Origin: Oikopleura dioica
Taxonomy: Eukaryota; Animalia; Chordata
Assembly: GCA_907165135.1 (NCBI GenBank)
Contig: OU015568.1
Location: 8,308,001 to 8,372,000, forward strand
DNA: 64,000 nucleotides
Direction: 5' to 3'
The position numbers and the translations under genes are program-made. Under the pieces are notes generated by a model. That model ran no database searches and had not been told where the DNA came from. It worked only from the letters and a program-made list of their open reading frames with translations. Below are positions 37,382-51,242 of the stretch, in pieces. Within the stretch, counting starts at the first letter, position 1, and the number at the start of each line of letters is the position of its first letter.

Positions 37382-38655
37382 TGATGCTGTGAAACTAACA
37401 AAACTTTTTCTATGGAATTTAAAAAAGAAATTTACCCTCTACATGTGTAACAAGGCTTAACCTTCTTCACCGTTTTGATGAATGAGTTCTCTATTCGTTT
37501 ATAAGTTGTCATTTTTATGAAAAATGACGCAAAAATAATGTGTTGGAAACTGGGAACCTACTAAATACGAAATAAGCCGCTTTGCTTCTATCAGACTTTT
37601 CGCAATCGCGCTCGAAATCTTTCTCGACTGCTTTTGAGAATGAGCCGATCATAATTTTTGGAAAATAATGAAAAAGCAAGCGGAAGGCTTGAGTTTCTTC
37701 GGAAAAAGTGCATGGCTCTAGAATCGGTTGACCAGTGGCCAGCTGCGCCCGCTAAGCCGACAGGAGAGCTGACAGGCATTCACGATCCTGTGGCGGTGCG
37801 CGCCACCTTTCGTGTCCCGCCCGAAACACCCGACACCAGTAGCTCCAGGATTAAATGTCGCAAAATGATTGACGTTGTCGCCGATATTTCACTCGCTTGC
37901 CTTCAATTTCACTAAATCCCGTCCATTTGTCAGACCAAAGTGTTGACAATAAAAATAACGGACGAGAATATTAATATTCATTTATATACAGCTCACTGTA
38001 AAATTACAGGGCCGATTTACTCAATTTATCTTCAGAAAACTTTTGCTTTCATTTCTTATCAATCCTTAAAAATCAATAAAATCATCCAAATGAAAAGTTA
38101 TCAAGATGAAATCAAGGAAGAATCAAATTAAAATTATCCTATCTGGAAAGGCTTCATTTGGACTCCAAAAATTTTGGAGCAATAAAGAAGTAAAAAAGAG
38201 TGTTATTTCTAAAAATGAAATTTTATCAAGATAAAATGCCTTGTAAAATATCTCATCAAAGAATATTTTACAACTCATCTTCTTTAGAATATATTTATTG
38301 TGTTTTAAAAGTGCTTATGTTTCCATCTGAAATCAACCGTTACATGCTTTATTGCCCTTGTTCAACACAAGTTTCTACTATACAGAGGATAGTACAGTGT
38401 TTTGCACATGTAATTCTTTTCTGTCATTTTGTTATTTCATCAAATTATCAAAAATGCACGGATCAAACAGTGAAGATGCTTTCCCTCTTCTTCTGGTAGT
38501 ACAAGAGAGAAGCGTATCAAGCTATTGTTGCACTGTCCCAGTCCCCCGAGGGTCGGGCACCCGGCGATGGGATTACTCCGGGATTTGAGCATGTTCAGCC
38601 GATCTTCATTTCTTGTTCTCAATTTTAATTGCACAGTTACTAAAAGCAGTAAAAC

Positions 38656-40342
38656 ATGATCTTGTCCTCTTTTCTGTTATTTATAAAAGCAATTAAAGCA
38701 GCAGAGGATAATGTTCCAACCATAAGAGTAACGAAAATAGCCCATTTGGATATAACAGTCAATGGAGAGGCGCAGGAAAGAGGTTGAAAAATTAGCCGTG
38801 AAATTGATCTTGAGCTTCATGACTATGCCGTCAGGCAATTTTGATGTCTAGTAGACAATCTTTATCAACCTCTTGAAAGGGAACAGTAGACATAGGTCTT
38901 TTCGGCGACCAAGTTCCAAAAACCGTGAAAAACTTCGAGACACTTTGCCAAGGACTCAAACGAGAAGGCGACGAGCAAGTTTACTCTTACAACGGGACGC
39001 GGATTCACCGAGTCAACAAAAACTTCATGCTCCAAGCTGGCGACATCATAAACGGCGACGGGACGGGCTCAATTTCAATCTACGGCGATACTTTCGACGA
39101 TGAAAACTTCGACCTGAAACATTACGACGAGCAGTGGGTTTCAATGGCGAACAACGGGCCCAACACGAACGGATGCCAGTTTTTCGTGCTTTACGACGAG
39201 GCGAGATTCTTGGACAATGAACACGTCGTGTTTGCAAAGGAAACAGTTGCGCGATCTCGTATTTTTTCAATTAGGAAGCGAGTTTATCAAGGTTTTCGCT
39301 GACCATAGCCACGGAAAATCTCAAAACTCGCTCTCTTTCTCTTTCATTCTGTTTTTTTCAGGAGGCAAGATTTTTTATTCGATCGTGGATGACTTCATTC
39401 TGTTCTAGACGCAAGGACAAAATTAAGTCACCCCAATCTTAACGCTAGAAAAAAATGTAAACAGCTTCTTAAAATAACATCTTTATGGTTTTCTTTTCAT
39501 AAAAAAGAGTTAATAATAAGGGGATGATTGCAGTCAATTTTGGGATGTTTCATGCGAGTACTTCTTTTGTACTATTGTTTTAAAAATAGTCTGCTTTATG
39601 ATTTAAAAAAGACTCGATTGCTGGTTATGCTCAAGCTGGAAGCTCGTAAATAGACTGTAATTAAATATGCTGCGAGATTCTTCATCTGTAAACAGGTCGT
39701 TTACGGTTGGGATGTTCTTCTAAAATTACAGCTTCAAGAGACGACCGTAGACCCGGATTATGCAGAATACTTCGATGCTTTTCCAGGTTTAGCTCGATCA
39801 TCTTCAATCACACTTTATTCATCTTTTAAGAGGATTACGATGATGACGATTTCGACTACCCTGTCAATGATATCCGCATCGACGAGTGCTATCTTTCCAT
39901 TCCAGAAGGTATCGATCTCAAATTTGCTCTAGAAAACTCCTAAAAATGATCAGAACCAATCTACGTTCCTCTCAAACGACATACACCAGAGCCAGTGCCA
40001 ATGGAAGGTTACATGCCTGGCGAAGAAGATGAAGTCTTTGAGGACGAGTTGAAAAGAGATATCGATGAAGATGAAATAAGGAGACATGACGAGCTTGATT
40101 TTCCAGAGCTGTATCAGGAAGATGAGCCTGTCCAAGAAGGAACGGGTTTATGTAAGCTGATGGAACGATTCCAACATACAGATTACTAAATCTAGTAACA
40201 GTAGAATGATTACTAAAGTAATTATTCATAAATGCATTTTCCCACAACTTTACATAAACCAAACAAAGAACCGAAAACGCCCGAATCAGTGAAAATCGAA
40301 AAGAAAGACGAGGAAGAAGAAGCGCCAAAAGATGAGCTTTGA
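38656..40342 (+). CDS. ER-lumen cyclophilin (PPIB/C-like) with long acidic tail ending KDEL
   Basis: Leader MILSSFLLFIKAIKA; DITVNGEAQ/GTVDIGLFG; VPKTVKNF; IHRVNKNFMLQAGD; SMANNGPNTNGCQFF; HVVFAK/VVYGWDV; final exon ...EEEEAPKDEL*. Confidence 0.92.
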
Positions 40343-40602
40343 TCATTTTTTTAAATGAAAAACACTTCATTTCCCCTTCCATTATGCCTTCATCCCTTTC
40401 TTCTAACAACAAATAAACACACATATTTTCACGGAACAATTGAACTGAACAGATGGAGCAGTATTTGCTGAGTCTTTTTCCGGCCATCCGGTGCAGAACA
40501 AATACAAATATTATTACGCTTGGCGGCTATTATTAGGTTCACGTATAAAAATGACCGGGACGAAATTGAATTCATCATTCGAAGATTGAAAAAATTGAAG
40601 AA

Positions 40603-41318
40603 ATGCTTTTTATTTTCGTCCTCTTCCTCGCTTCATTGGCTAAAAGCTCTTCTGTTAAAAGAGATACAAGTAAGATATAGGATCATTAACGTGAATTAGA
40701 GGTCGTAACAATTGAAATCGATTCTGAAGAGCTTTATTTGAAAGTATTTGAAAGTATAAATTCATAAAAATGAATATTTATAGCGGACGGGGATACGCTT
40801 GATCTCGTATTGCTGGAGGAAAACGGGTTCTCAGAGGAAGGGTCTGGATACAACGAGGAAAAACAGCTGAAAACAATTTTTTGGAAGAAAGGAGAGATGG
40901 AATCAACAACGACTGCGTTTGAGGTCTCAAACAGGAGTCGGATTACGAATAAGTTTACGAAGGAATTTCATATTTTTTTCATGAGCAATTGAATTAATCC
41001 ATACAAGCAGCAATACCACCAACTTAACAACGACAGCCAAAACAACAACAACGACAACTTCCATCGAAACAACAACCGAGCCGTCAATACCCTGGATCCT
41101 CGAAGAAAGCTGCATGGTTGCGGGAGATAGCTTGCACAAAGTCATGATTGCTAATCCAGAAGAGGTAAAAACAAGCAAAAATTTGACATCTGACGCGAAA
41201 ATTTCAGTGCGATCGATTCGTCTGGTGCTGGAAAGGGCGAGCGTACGAGATTCAATGCAAAAATGGATTTAAATTCGACAAAGAAACGAAAAAATGCTCG
41301 ACTGAAATCACCTGCTAA
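40603..41318 (+). CDS. Secreted Thr-rich (mucin-like) protein with C-terminal CBM14/peritrophin-A chitin-binding domain
   Basis: Leader MLFIFVLFLASLAKS; TTTAKTTTTTTSIETTTEP; six Cys spaced 17-5-9-12-5 (SC...EE/CDRFVWCWKGRAYEIQCKNGFKFDKETKKCSTEITC*). One splice junction is ambiguous. Confidence 0.82.
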
Positions 41319-42667
41319 CTTTTTTTTGCTGCCTAAATACTCTTCTCTTGCTCGTTTTTACGCAAATAAAGCATTGAAAAATCGATCAACTTGTTCATTT
41401 TTTTCATAGAATTTTCTCCACATTCTATTGCGAAGATTCAAGTTATTTTGAGTTACAATTCAAAAAGCCGAACTTGATGATATCTGCAAAAGAGGTCGTT
41501 TATGGTTATCAATTATCGCGTGGAAAACGGTTTGTTTTCTCTTCAGGTTATCTCGGGTGGCGTCTGGTGCCTTGCTATACTCAGCTATTCTGCTTTGGTT
41601 GAAACTTCGGCCTGCTCCAGTGATTGGCGGCGCCGGGCGCAGCGTGTCGCCCCCAGCAGCACCTCCACCGCGCGCGAAGTTATTAGCCCCCACGAACCAA
41701 TTGATAAACACTTAGCCCTCAAATTAATTACAGTACGAAGAAATGGTCATTTCTACCATTGCTAATGAAATAAATTTATATCTTCGAAAATAGAGAAAAT
41801 CGCACAAGAAAAAAGAGAAAAATTTGACAAAACCTTTCAGAATTTAATTCAGAAGTATTATTTACGTCGGGAATTCCTAATCAAAAATCCATGAAAAAGA
41901 TCTGACCGTCTCTTTTAATCAAAGATCCAAAGCTCTTCAAAGCAGATGACCCCTCAAGTGTTTATTCTATTTATTAATGTTTAATTATGCAGCTCGCATT
42001 AAAATATTTCCGCGCAGATTTGTCCTGTCAGCTTTGTGAGTCAGATTTTTCAAGAGAGCCTTTTTTCACGCTCAGACTAAATTAGCACAGGAGCTCTTGA
42101 GATTTCCCTCTTCAACTTTTTGGTATACTTTTTGAGCTTCCTTCCTTTTTAACGGGAGATTTATAATTAAAAAGTCGATTTTTTTGCGGAGAAAAATGCG
42201 AAAAAGAGTCGATCTGGCCTTTCTTTCCGCATTTTTGCAGCATTTTAGCGGAATAAATAAATTCTTAACGTTGAAAAAACATACTAGCGGGAACAGCAGA
42301 AAACAAAGAGCAAAGAAAAACGCGAGCTCTCAGGCACGCTTGGCGTCACTGAACACACAATGGATTTTACGATGGAGGCTCTGGTGAATAACGCGTTAGA
42401 GAGAAAGACTTGAAATCGAGCTTGAAAGATGATCCTAGAGATAAATCGTCGACAGTCGAAGAAAATAAGAACTGAGTTAATTTTGGCGTCATTTTATTGA
42501 TGATTTTTTCAATCAGTTGTTCAGTAAGAGGCTAATCAAACAGAGAAGAGGGTCCTTTACGGTGTCAAAATGTCACTCAGTCAGTCATTTTTGGCCAGGC
42601 AGCTATTAGTTGAAATTCAAGCTCATGTTGAAGTCAGAATTCTTTTCAAATTCCAACTGTTTTAAGA

Positions 42668-43631
<964 letters not shown>

Positions 43632-44193
43632 CTCAACTACAGGCAGGAAGCTACTGTACTGTACTTATCTGTAATCTTCTCCCTGTTGATGGATATCTAT
43701 CATTATCTCTTCTCGCTCGATTTCGTTGTAAATAGCATCACCTGACGAAAATGAAAAAAGACCAAAAAGAAAAAGAAGAACCGTAATTATTGCAACAACA
43801 ACAACTACACCACCACCGCCGCACCAAAAAAAGACGCCATTACTCTTCCAACTTGTCACTTTGCTTCAATTTTCTACTTGAAACCAATAAAACAATATTA
43901 AATAATTCCATCATCATCCCTAATTTTTGATGATTTCTGCTTGGAAACCGCAAAAATTAGGGTCAAACATGACTTCCTGAGACTTTTCTGAAAGCAAATT
44001 TCTGAGAAAACTAATCACGCAGAAATTTCATAAGGCTTATCCTTTTATAATTGTCCCACTTCAATTGTAAAAACGGAGGTTTTCCATGGTTACGGCAAAC
44101 AAAAGGGCCTTCTGAATGTCTCGTCCATAATTGGGTCTGCGTTCACACTCAAACATGACATTTCTTCGAAAACGAGAGAAATAAGTTCAAAAG

Positions 44194-47100
44194 ATGTCCG
44201 ACGAAGAAGATTCAAGCAATAAATCGCCGAATCCTTTCGGCGTTGCAGCTCTGGCAGCGACGGCTTTTACAAAAGGAAGAAGAAAGCACAAACTTGCGAG
44301 CACAGTTTTTAAAGGAGCACTTGAAGATCTCAAGAATGATCCAGAGGTTGGTTGCTAAAGCTTAAATTTCCGATTTCAACAATTTTTGTAGAATATTTTT
44401 TGGAGCGGAAAGCAACATACTCTTTCTCGCGAAGTATCAAGAGTTGCAAAAACTCCTGAATTAGGCATCGGTCAATATTTTCTTCTGTAACTTCGCAGCA
44501 ATAACAGACCCCTCCCTTAAATGCCTAGTCAAAAAACGAAGGGTTGAACTGTGATCTTTCAAATTTTGAGGCGTTCTTTGTTTGACTAATTGGTCAGTTA
44601 GACACTAAGGGTACTCGTATGAACTGAAGGAAATCAACCGCGTTTGTTCCGCAAATACTCATTTTTTCTGAAACAAAGAGCTTTGCCTTCCGATCAAATA
44701 TTCACAAATTTTCTGACCGCGCTAAAAAGATCGACAGCTGCTTGAAATCTTCATCGAGGTGGACGATGAGTGGGACGAAGATGATGAGATCGACATTGAA
44801 AAAGTCTCCGAGCTCGTTGGAAAAGGAGCTTCCATCAACGCGCGGGGTAAGATTCCCACTTGTTAGAGAGCGAAACGCGAGACTTACTTTCTTTGTTGGT
44901 AGATATCTACGGACAAACGATTTTGCACGCGATCGCAAGAGAGTGGGATACTGACATTGCAAAATTTGTCATTCAACTCGGCGCCGATGTCAACGCGGTT
45001 GATCATTATGGACGGGCGCCGATACATTTGGCGGCGGCGCACGATTTTGTCGAAATGATTCATTTTCTTGCCTCTCAAGGAGCAGATGTCAACATGCCAG
45101 TTGTCCACAACCTCAAACTGTGCACTCAACTGGATCCAGAATGCGCTCCTCAGAACCAAACTCCGCTGCATATGGCCGCTGGAGCCGATGCTGCGGACGC
45201 TTGTGAAGCTCTCCTCGAACTTGGCGCTGACATCGAGGCACGTGACTATCACGACAGAACTCCTCTCTTTCTCGCGGCTGAGTTGGATAGATCTGTAAGC
45301 GCTCATGTCCTACTGGAGAAAAACGCTGATGCAACTACAAGAGATAAGTACGGAAATATTTGCCTAACCGTCATGGCATCCAAAATGCCGCAAGTAGCGT
45401 CGGAAGCGCTGAATCAATTGTGGACGTATAACAGAAGAAATCGCAATCAATACTTTTGGCTTGATAAACTCTTGCCTTCATCCGCTGAGCTTATTCGCGC
45501 TTCTAGAGCTAGAAACATCTTGGAAGTCATCGTGAACGAGAGAAAACTCGATCTTGTGACTCATAATATCATTCAAAAATTCATCGACATTCTTTGGGCA
45601 AAATACGGACAAATGGCGTTTTATAAAGAAGCACTTTTGACTTTTCTCTTCATCGGTCTTTGGACGACGATTGCTGTTTCAAAAGCTGCGGATGAAGCGT
45701 ACATCTACGAAGATGATGAGTGGTGGAGATGGCTTCTCCTGGTTCTAGCGATTGTCACCACTGGGCTTGTTATTGGCATTGAAATACGCGAGTACAAGAT
45801 TGGAAAATACAAGCTGCAAGAGTACAAGTCGTGGAGAATCGTCCAAGTCGAGGAGGACGCAAAATACTCTCATCCGATGAGAAAGCACGAGTCAAAGTTC
45901 ATCGAGTCCGAGAAAGAAAGTTTGGAGGCTGAGAAAATGTATTACTTCAGCAGTGGATGGAATTATTACGACTGGTTCTGTAACTTTCTTTTGCTCCTCG
46001 CGCTCAGCATTCATAGCGCAGCTGTGGGACTCTTCAATGCTCGAGAGATCGTTCCGATTGAAAATAATGATCCGGGTGTGACAATTTTGGAAGATAGCAC
46101 TGCTTGCTTTGGCAGATTAAATGTTGAAGACTGTGAGTTGGTTTCGTCGATTAATCGCGTGCACTACTCGCTTTTTGCTTTTACAATGGTTGTGCTTTAT
46201 GCGCGAGCTTTTAAATTGATGAGAGTGACGCTGTTCATGGGCCCATTTATTGTCATTATCCAGAAAATGATGTGGGATTTGTTGAAGTTTTGTGCGATGT
46301 GGTTGGTTCTGTATGGAGGCTACGCGATTGCGTTTTATCTCGTCTGGGGGCACTCTAATCAAGAAGATGAAATTCTAAGTAAAAATCAGTCTTCTGATCA
46401 TTGGATTAATAAAAAATTAAGGTGATACCGACGAAATGCTGTTCATGATCTACCGATTGATTCTTGTCGACGAATGGCCCTACGATGCCATGATGGAGAC
46501 CAACAAACCAATGACTTACATTCTTGTCGGAAGCTACCTGATGTTTTGCGCCATTCTCCTGTTGAATCTCTTCATCGCGCTGCTTTCTGATACTTTCCAG
46601 CGTATTTATGACAATGCCCATTCCAATGCAGTTATGCAAAGGCAACTCTTCGTCTGTCTTGCAATTTAACTCTCGGTTTCTAGGGCAATCTATTTGAAAG
46701 AACACCTTCACGAATTCAATGATGAGGAGAAAATTGAGCTGAGTAGATACTTCGAGACCAAATGCTCTCCTCTTCGGGAAGACTGGGATGATGATTCCCC
46801 GGAAACAGAACAGGTGAGCCAGTGATGTTGTTCAGTTGTTGAGGCCGATTTCAGACACAATTGAAGAAGATAACTCACCAGATTCATGCAAAACTGACGA
46901 AACTTGAGGAGTTTATTGAAGAACAAGCTGAAGAACTGTAAGATTCGTTTCCGGAATTGAGATTGAACCTTTTTTTAGTGAAAAACGAGAAGGCCGAGCT
47001 GGTCCAACAAACATGCCGCGTGGTCGAGGCGCTGTATCGCAGCTGGACGTCGAGGGCCTGAAACAAAGCATCAACAGACAAATGAAAGAGTTCACGCGAA

Positions 47101-47270
47101 AACAAGACGAAGCTCTGGAGAGGTTGGAAAATTTCGAAAGTTCCATGCGCGCTCGATTGGAAAAAATCGACAAGCGCCAAAAAATCAGAATTGAAAAAGG
47201 CCCAAAGTCAGAACTCAAATCAACCTTTCTTCCGCCAATGATACCAACTCAACAAACAGTTCAAACGTAA
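44194..47270 (+). CDS. Ankyrin-repeat TRP cation channel (TRPV/TRPA-like)
   Basis: About 5-6 ankyrin repeats (GQTILH, GRAPIHLAA, NQTPLHMAA, DRTPLFLAA), six TM helices, S6 LLLNLFIALLSDTF, C-terminal coiled coils. Confidence 0.9.
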
Positions 47271-47279
47271 ATCGCTTGC

Positions 47280-49265
47280 TTGAAAGTTTTTTGCATGCTT
47301 TTCCACTTTTCTTCTAAGTAAAATGTTTCTATGGACAAACGTCTTTTTTAGAATCAGCCAAGTTGAGAAGATCCAGCCAAAAGTGGATACCTGGAACGTT
47401 TTGCCATCAGTTGACAATCCAACATTTGCCACTCCTTCTTCCACTGAAAACAAGGAAGAGTCCGAAGCCTAACATTATCCCTGCTTAATTCATCTGCTGA
47501 AAGAGTGCGTTGCTTATTTTTACCTGCATTAATATATTTATTACACATAAAAACATAGCGAAGCTCATTTTAATCAATTGATTGCAGGGCAAAGAAAATG
47601 CAGCGCACAAGTAGTATCCTACTTGCTAGGTTTTGGAAAGTAGAGAAAGGCGCGTTCTTTCGCGCGCAAGAATTTACGACTAAAGAAATAAAAATATATC
47701 TGTGCTCCTGATGCAACCAAGACGAGTGTAATTGAAACCCAACTCGCCAGGGAAAAGTTAATGTCCGCGTCGTCTCTTGCAAGAATCGACCTAAACGTTT
47801 CATGCTTGCTTCAAGTTTATGAGCAAACCGGTAGAGAGGGTTATTGACGTAGTAGATGGGAAAGAATATGAATTTGACGGCGTACATCACAGGAATTATT
47901 CGAGGTGGGCTGAATTGATATAAAAACACAATGTACCAGTTATTCATAAAAGTCAGGTGAAGAATCCACAATATAAGAGCGAGTATTGAGTAGCCAGAAG
48001 ATGCAACTGGGATAGGAAACCATTGAATAAGAGTCATAGCAATGCCAAGAAGAGTGACGATGATTCCATTAGTAACAAGCCTGTTGAGCTAAAAACGAAA
48101 CTGAAAAAGAATGACCGAAAACTTGCTCACATTTTCCTTGAGCTGAGGAATCGGGTATGTCTTTGGATATCTGCTGACGTTCCATTTCAATTTGAGCATC
48201 ATTAAAATAGGAAGGACAGGCGACAAAACTTGAAGATAACCAAGACAATCCATCGTCCGTGATTTCAGCTGATGAATGTTCTCTTCGCATGTGGTGTTAC
48301 CTGCGCAATTGATGACATGGCTGTGAAAACCATGATTGAGCCAAGGCACCATCCAACCCAGAAAGGTGTAGTTGCGGAAGAAACCAAGGAAATCCCAAAT
48401 TGTCATTACAATGTTGATCGGGTGAAAAATGTAAGGAAGACATTCGCGCCATGTTGGGGCTTGAGATATTTCGGTTGTCTCTTTTTCACCTTCGATTTTG
48501 TTTCGAGCGAGTATTCTGCCGAAAAAAGAAGTTCGGAACATGCAGAAGTCGTCAGGAAGATCTTTGGGAATCGGTTGAGATGGAAAAAGGCAGAGGGTCC
48601 GGATGGTTATCAATATAGAAATGAACGCCAAAATGAAAATATACGAATCAAGGGGGTAGCCCGACTGGTAGGCAATTTTTCCATACCAAAAAGGAGCACC
48701 TTAATCCATTCATGCAAAAATTGATGAGCCGTGAGGCATTCACCTGAGGCAACAACCAGTGCCGACAAAAATAAGACCACATACGACGAGTTCTCCTTGA
48801 AAATCGGACCAACCATTGTGTTCAACGGAATCCACATGATTACCCCTGTCGAGCTAAGCATTGTTCCAACGAAGAATAAATACGGATTTGTTTGATATAA
48901 ACTTATGCAAAAGAGACCAGCGGTCATTAGAATTCCCATGATAAGGCGGAGGTAGGCAGCGCCGATTTTCAGATACAGAAAACCAAGAATAAATGTTCCA
49001 CCGTTGATTGAAATCAGCATTGAACTCTTGAAGGGCAATTCATTATCTCTAAAAATTCTTTTCTTACGTATATTTCACCAAAAACGGCCTTTGCTTCTTC
49101 GCAGTAAGCTCCTTGAAGAATATCCTCTTCGCTGCAAGTCTCATTCATAAATAACTTCTGCTCTTCAAAAATGAACTGGATCATTGGAAAACCTCGAGTT
49201 ATCAGAGGAAACAAAAATATTTCTATGGCACCTAAGGCGAGCGAAATATAATTGTAAAAACTCAT
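47280..49265 (-). CDS. MFS transporter, SLC43 (LAT3/4)-like; 3' end approximate
   Basis: Many TM segments; TM1 followed by a Cys-pair extracellular loop (NETC...YCEE); LGFLYLKIGAAYLRLI at the position of the SLC43/MFS loop-2 motif. Confidence 0.6.
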
Positions 49266-49925
49266 ATTTTTGTATTTTGAGGTAACTAAATCTGAAATGA
49301 TTCTCGGTTATAAAAGGCGTTAATGATGAATTAAGGTCATCGAGTTTTATTACTTTTGAGCTTTCGAGAAGGCTTACTACCAGAATAATGTAACCTAAAT
49401 AGGTAAATGTCTCTTGAAAAAATTTCTTCGTGATTTTATGATTCGTTTCTCGTATGAACTATCGAGTAACTTGCCCTAGATTAAATTTTTATCTGTCTAT
49501 TTCTGAGGAAACTTCAAGACTCAGCGAGAACGCCCAACAAAATGATGAAATAAGGACTCAAAAATATTCTCAGTCAATGAGCTCTTCTTTTCTGAAGCTT
49601 TCGCTTGAGCAGCTTTTCTTATGTTGCAGGGTTTATTTAAAAATTTGGTTATTTATTAGACATAAAAAAAAGCTGGGTTCGTTCTAGTGAGCTCGCAAAG
49701 ACAATCGGAGTAATTATAAATTCATGAGAAAATTGGGCAATGGAAGTGGTCAGAAATGAATTCATTTTCGAAAATTTCATAAAAATAACGATGGGAGGTG
49801 TTTTGCAGAGAAACAAGAAATCCAAGTTTTTAGAGCATACATGCCAGTCTCATGAGAGATCAGTCAATTGCTGCGCTATTGATAAGGTAAAGCCCAAAAG
49901 AACAAAGCCCCTTTCTTTTTTTTTA

Positions 49926-50241
49926 TTAAAGGGTAGGTAAATAATCCTCAGAGAAATCTGCTCTTTGCTTTTCGTCGTGTATATTCTCCTCGATTTCGAA
50001 TTCGTCTACGTATCTTTCGATATAGACCGAGAGAACTCTATCACAGTCTTTTTGAGCTTTAGCATAGTCAAATACATAGATATCCTTCGTACGCGTCTCC
50101 ATCAGAACTAAAGCAATTTGTCAGATCAATTTTGATTTTAACAATACTTTTCATGCAATCGAGTTGGAATTTTTGGAGGTCGCGGATCGTTAAAGCCCAA
50201 GAAAGAGTAAAAAGAAAGCTCAAGCTTTGTATCAACATCAT
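49926..50241 (-). CDS. Small secreted protein, tandem copy 1 (91 aa)
   Basis: Exons 50241-50148 and 50107-49926: MMLIQSLSFLFTLSWALTIRDLQKFQLDCMKILMETRTKDIYVFDYAKAQKDCDRVLSVYIERYVDEFEIEENIHDEKQRADFSEDYLPTL*; TATAAA at ~50270-50275. Confidence 0.85.
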
Positions 50242-50468
50242 TTTTGAGCATCGTCAAGAAAGCCTCATCTTTATACTCAAGCCATTTTTAATTATTGAGA
50301 GTCTCAAGACATTCCAATAATTATTCACACTGCTGGTTCTTACAACTTGTAAGAGTCATTAAGAGTCTAACAGCCAGTACACGTGAAGTTCACGCGACGC
50401 GAACCACTTATACTTATTACTTTTAGAAAAGTATATGATTTATTTATCCAAAAATTAACAGGCTTTTT

Positions 50469-50787
50469 CTATCCAAAAGGACTCAAATAATCTTTGGCAT
50501 AGTCTGGCGCTTCTTCTTCAACATCATGTTTTGCGTTTTTGAAATCGTCTTTGAATGTTTCGATGTAGATATTTAGTACTTTATCGCAGTTTCTCTCAGC
50601 TTTGAAATAGTCGAATCTGTACATATTCGTAGTAAGCTTTTTCATCTGAACTGAAAAATTTTTTTATTCTAAATTTCAATCTTTCTTCCGTACTTTTCAT
50701 GCAATCAAGACGAAATTTTTGAATATCTTCGATGGAAAAAGAAATCGCGGAGGTAAGAAAAAGACTAAGGATCTTTGCTAGCTTCAT
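50469..50787 (-). CDS. Small secreted protein, tandem copy 2 (91 aa)
   Basis: Exons 50787-50694 and 50650-50469: MKLAKILSLFLTSAISFSIEDIQKFRLDCMKIQMKKLTTNMYRFDYFKAERNCDKVLNIYIETFKDDFKNAKHDVEEEAPDYAKDYLSPFG*; TATAAA at ~50842-50847. Confidence 0.88.
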
Positions 50788-51242
50788 TATTGAACAAAAA
50801 AGTGATAATTGAGATGATCTTCTTTTAGAAAGGGCATCATCTTTATACTCTGCTAAATTCAAATTATTCATAGAATCAAATTATTACTATTCGTGATTAA
50901 TAACATCCTATTGCTGAGCATCCTTAGAATCTAATATTCATGAAGCAAACCGTGGCGAATTCTTCGATCTTTGCCGCAAGTATTTTTCTCAGAAACTAAT
51001 TTTTCTCAATTTTGATTGCTTTTATTCAAAGCCGTTGCACTAAATATTTCTACAGAGGGACCTCAATTTAAGCTCACCACCAGAAAGTCCACCGAATTTG
51101 AGGCCCATAACGTCCGGGTCTCCTTATGATCTGACCATGATTACAGGGAGTTACAGGCGTCGTAAGGTACTCCATGTCCAAAATGGACATTTTGGCCGAT
51201 GGAGGTTAACAATCATTCAAAAACTTTTCGTCGAGCTTTATT

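Noticed and set aside
37658-37915. 85-aa GC-richer ORF (also 41460-41711)
   Set aside because: No motif, no splice partner found; may be promoter or UTR sequence.
40082-40102. HDEL as the true cyclophilin C-terminus via a missing T
   Set aside because: The downstream frame stays acidic and splices in phase to an exon ending KDEL*, so the read-through is coherent.
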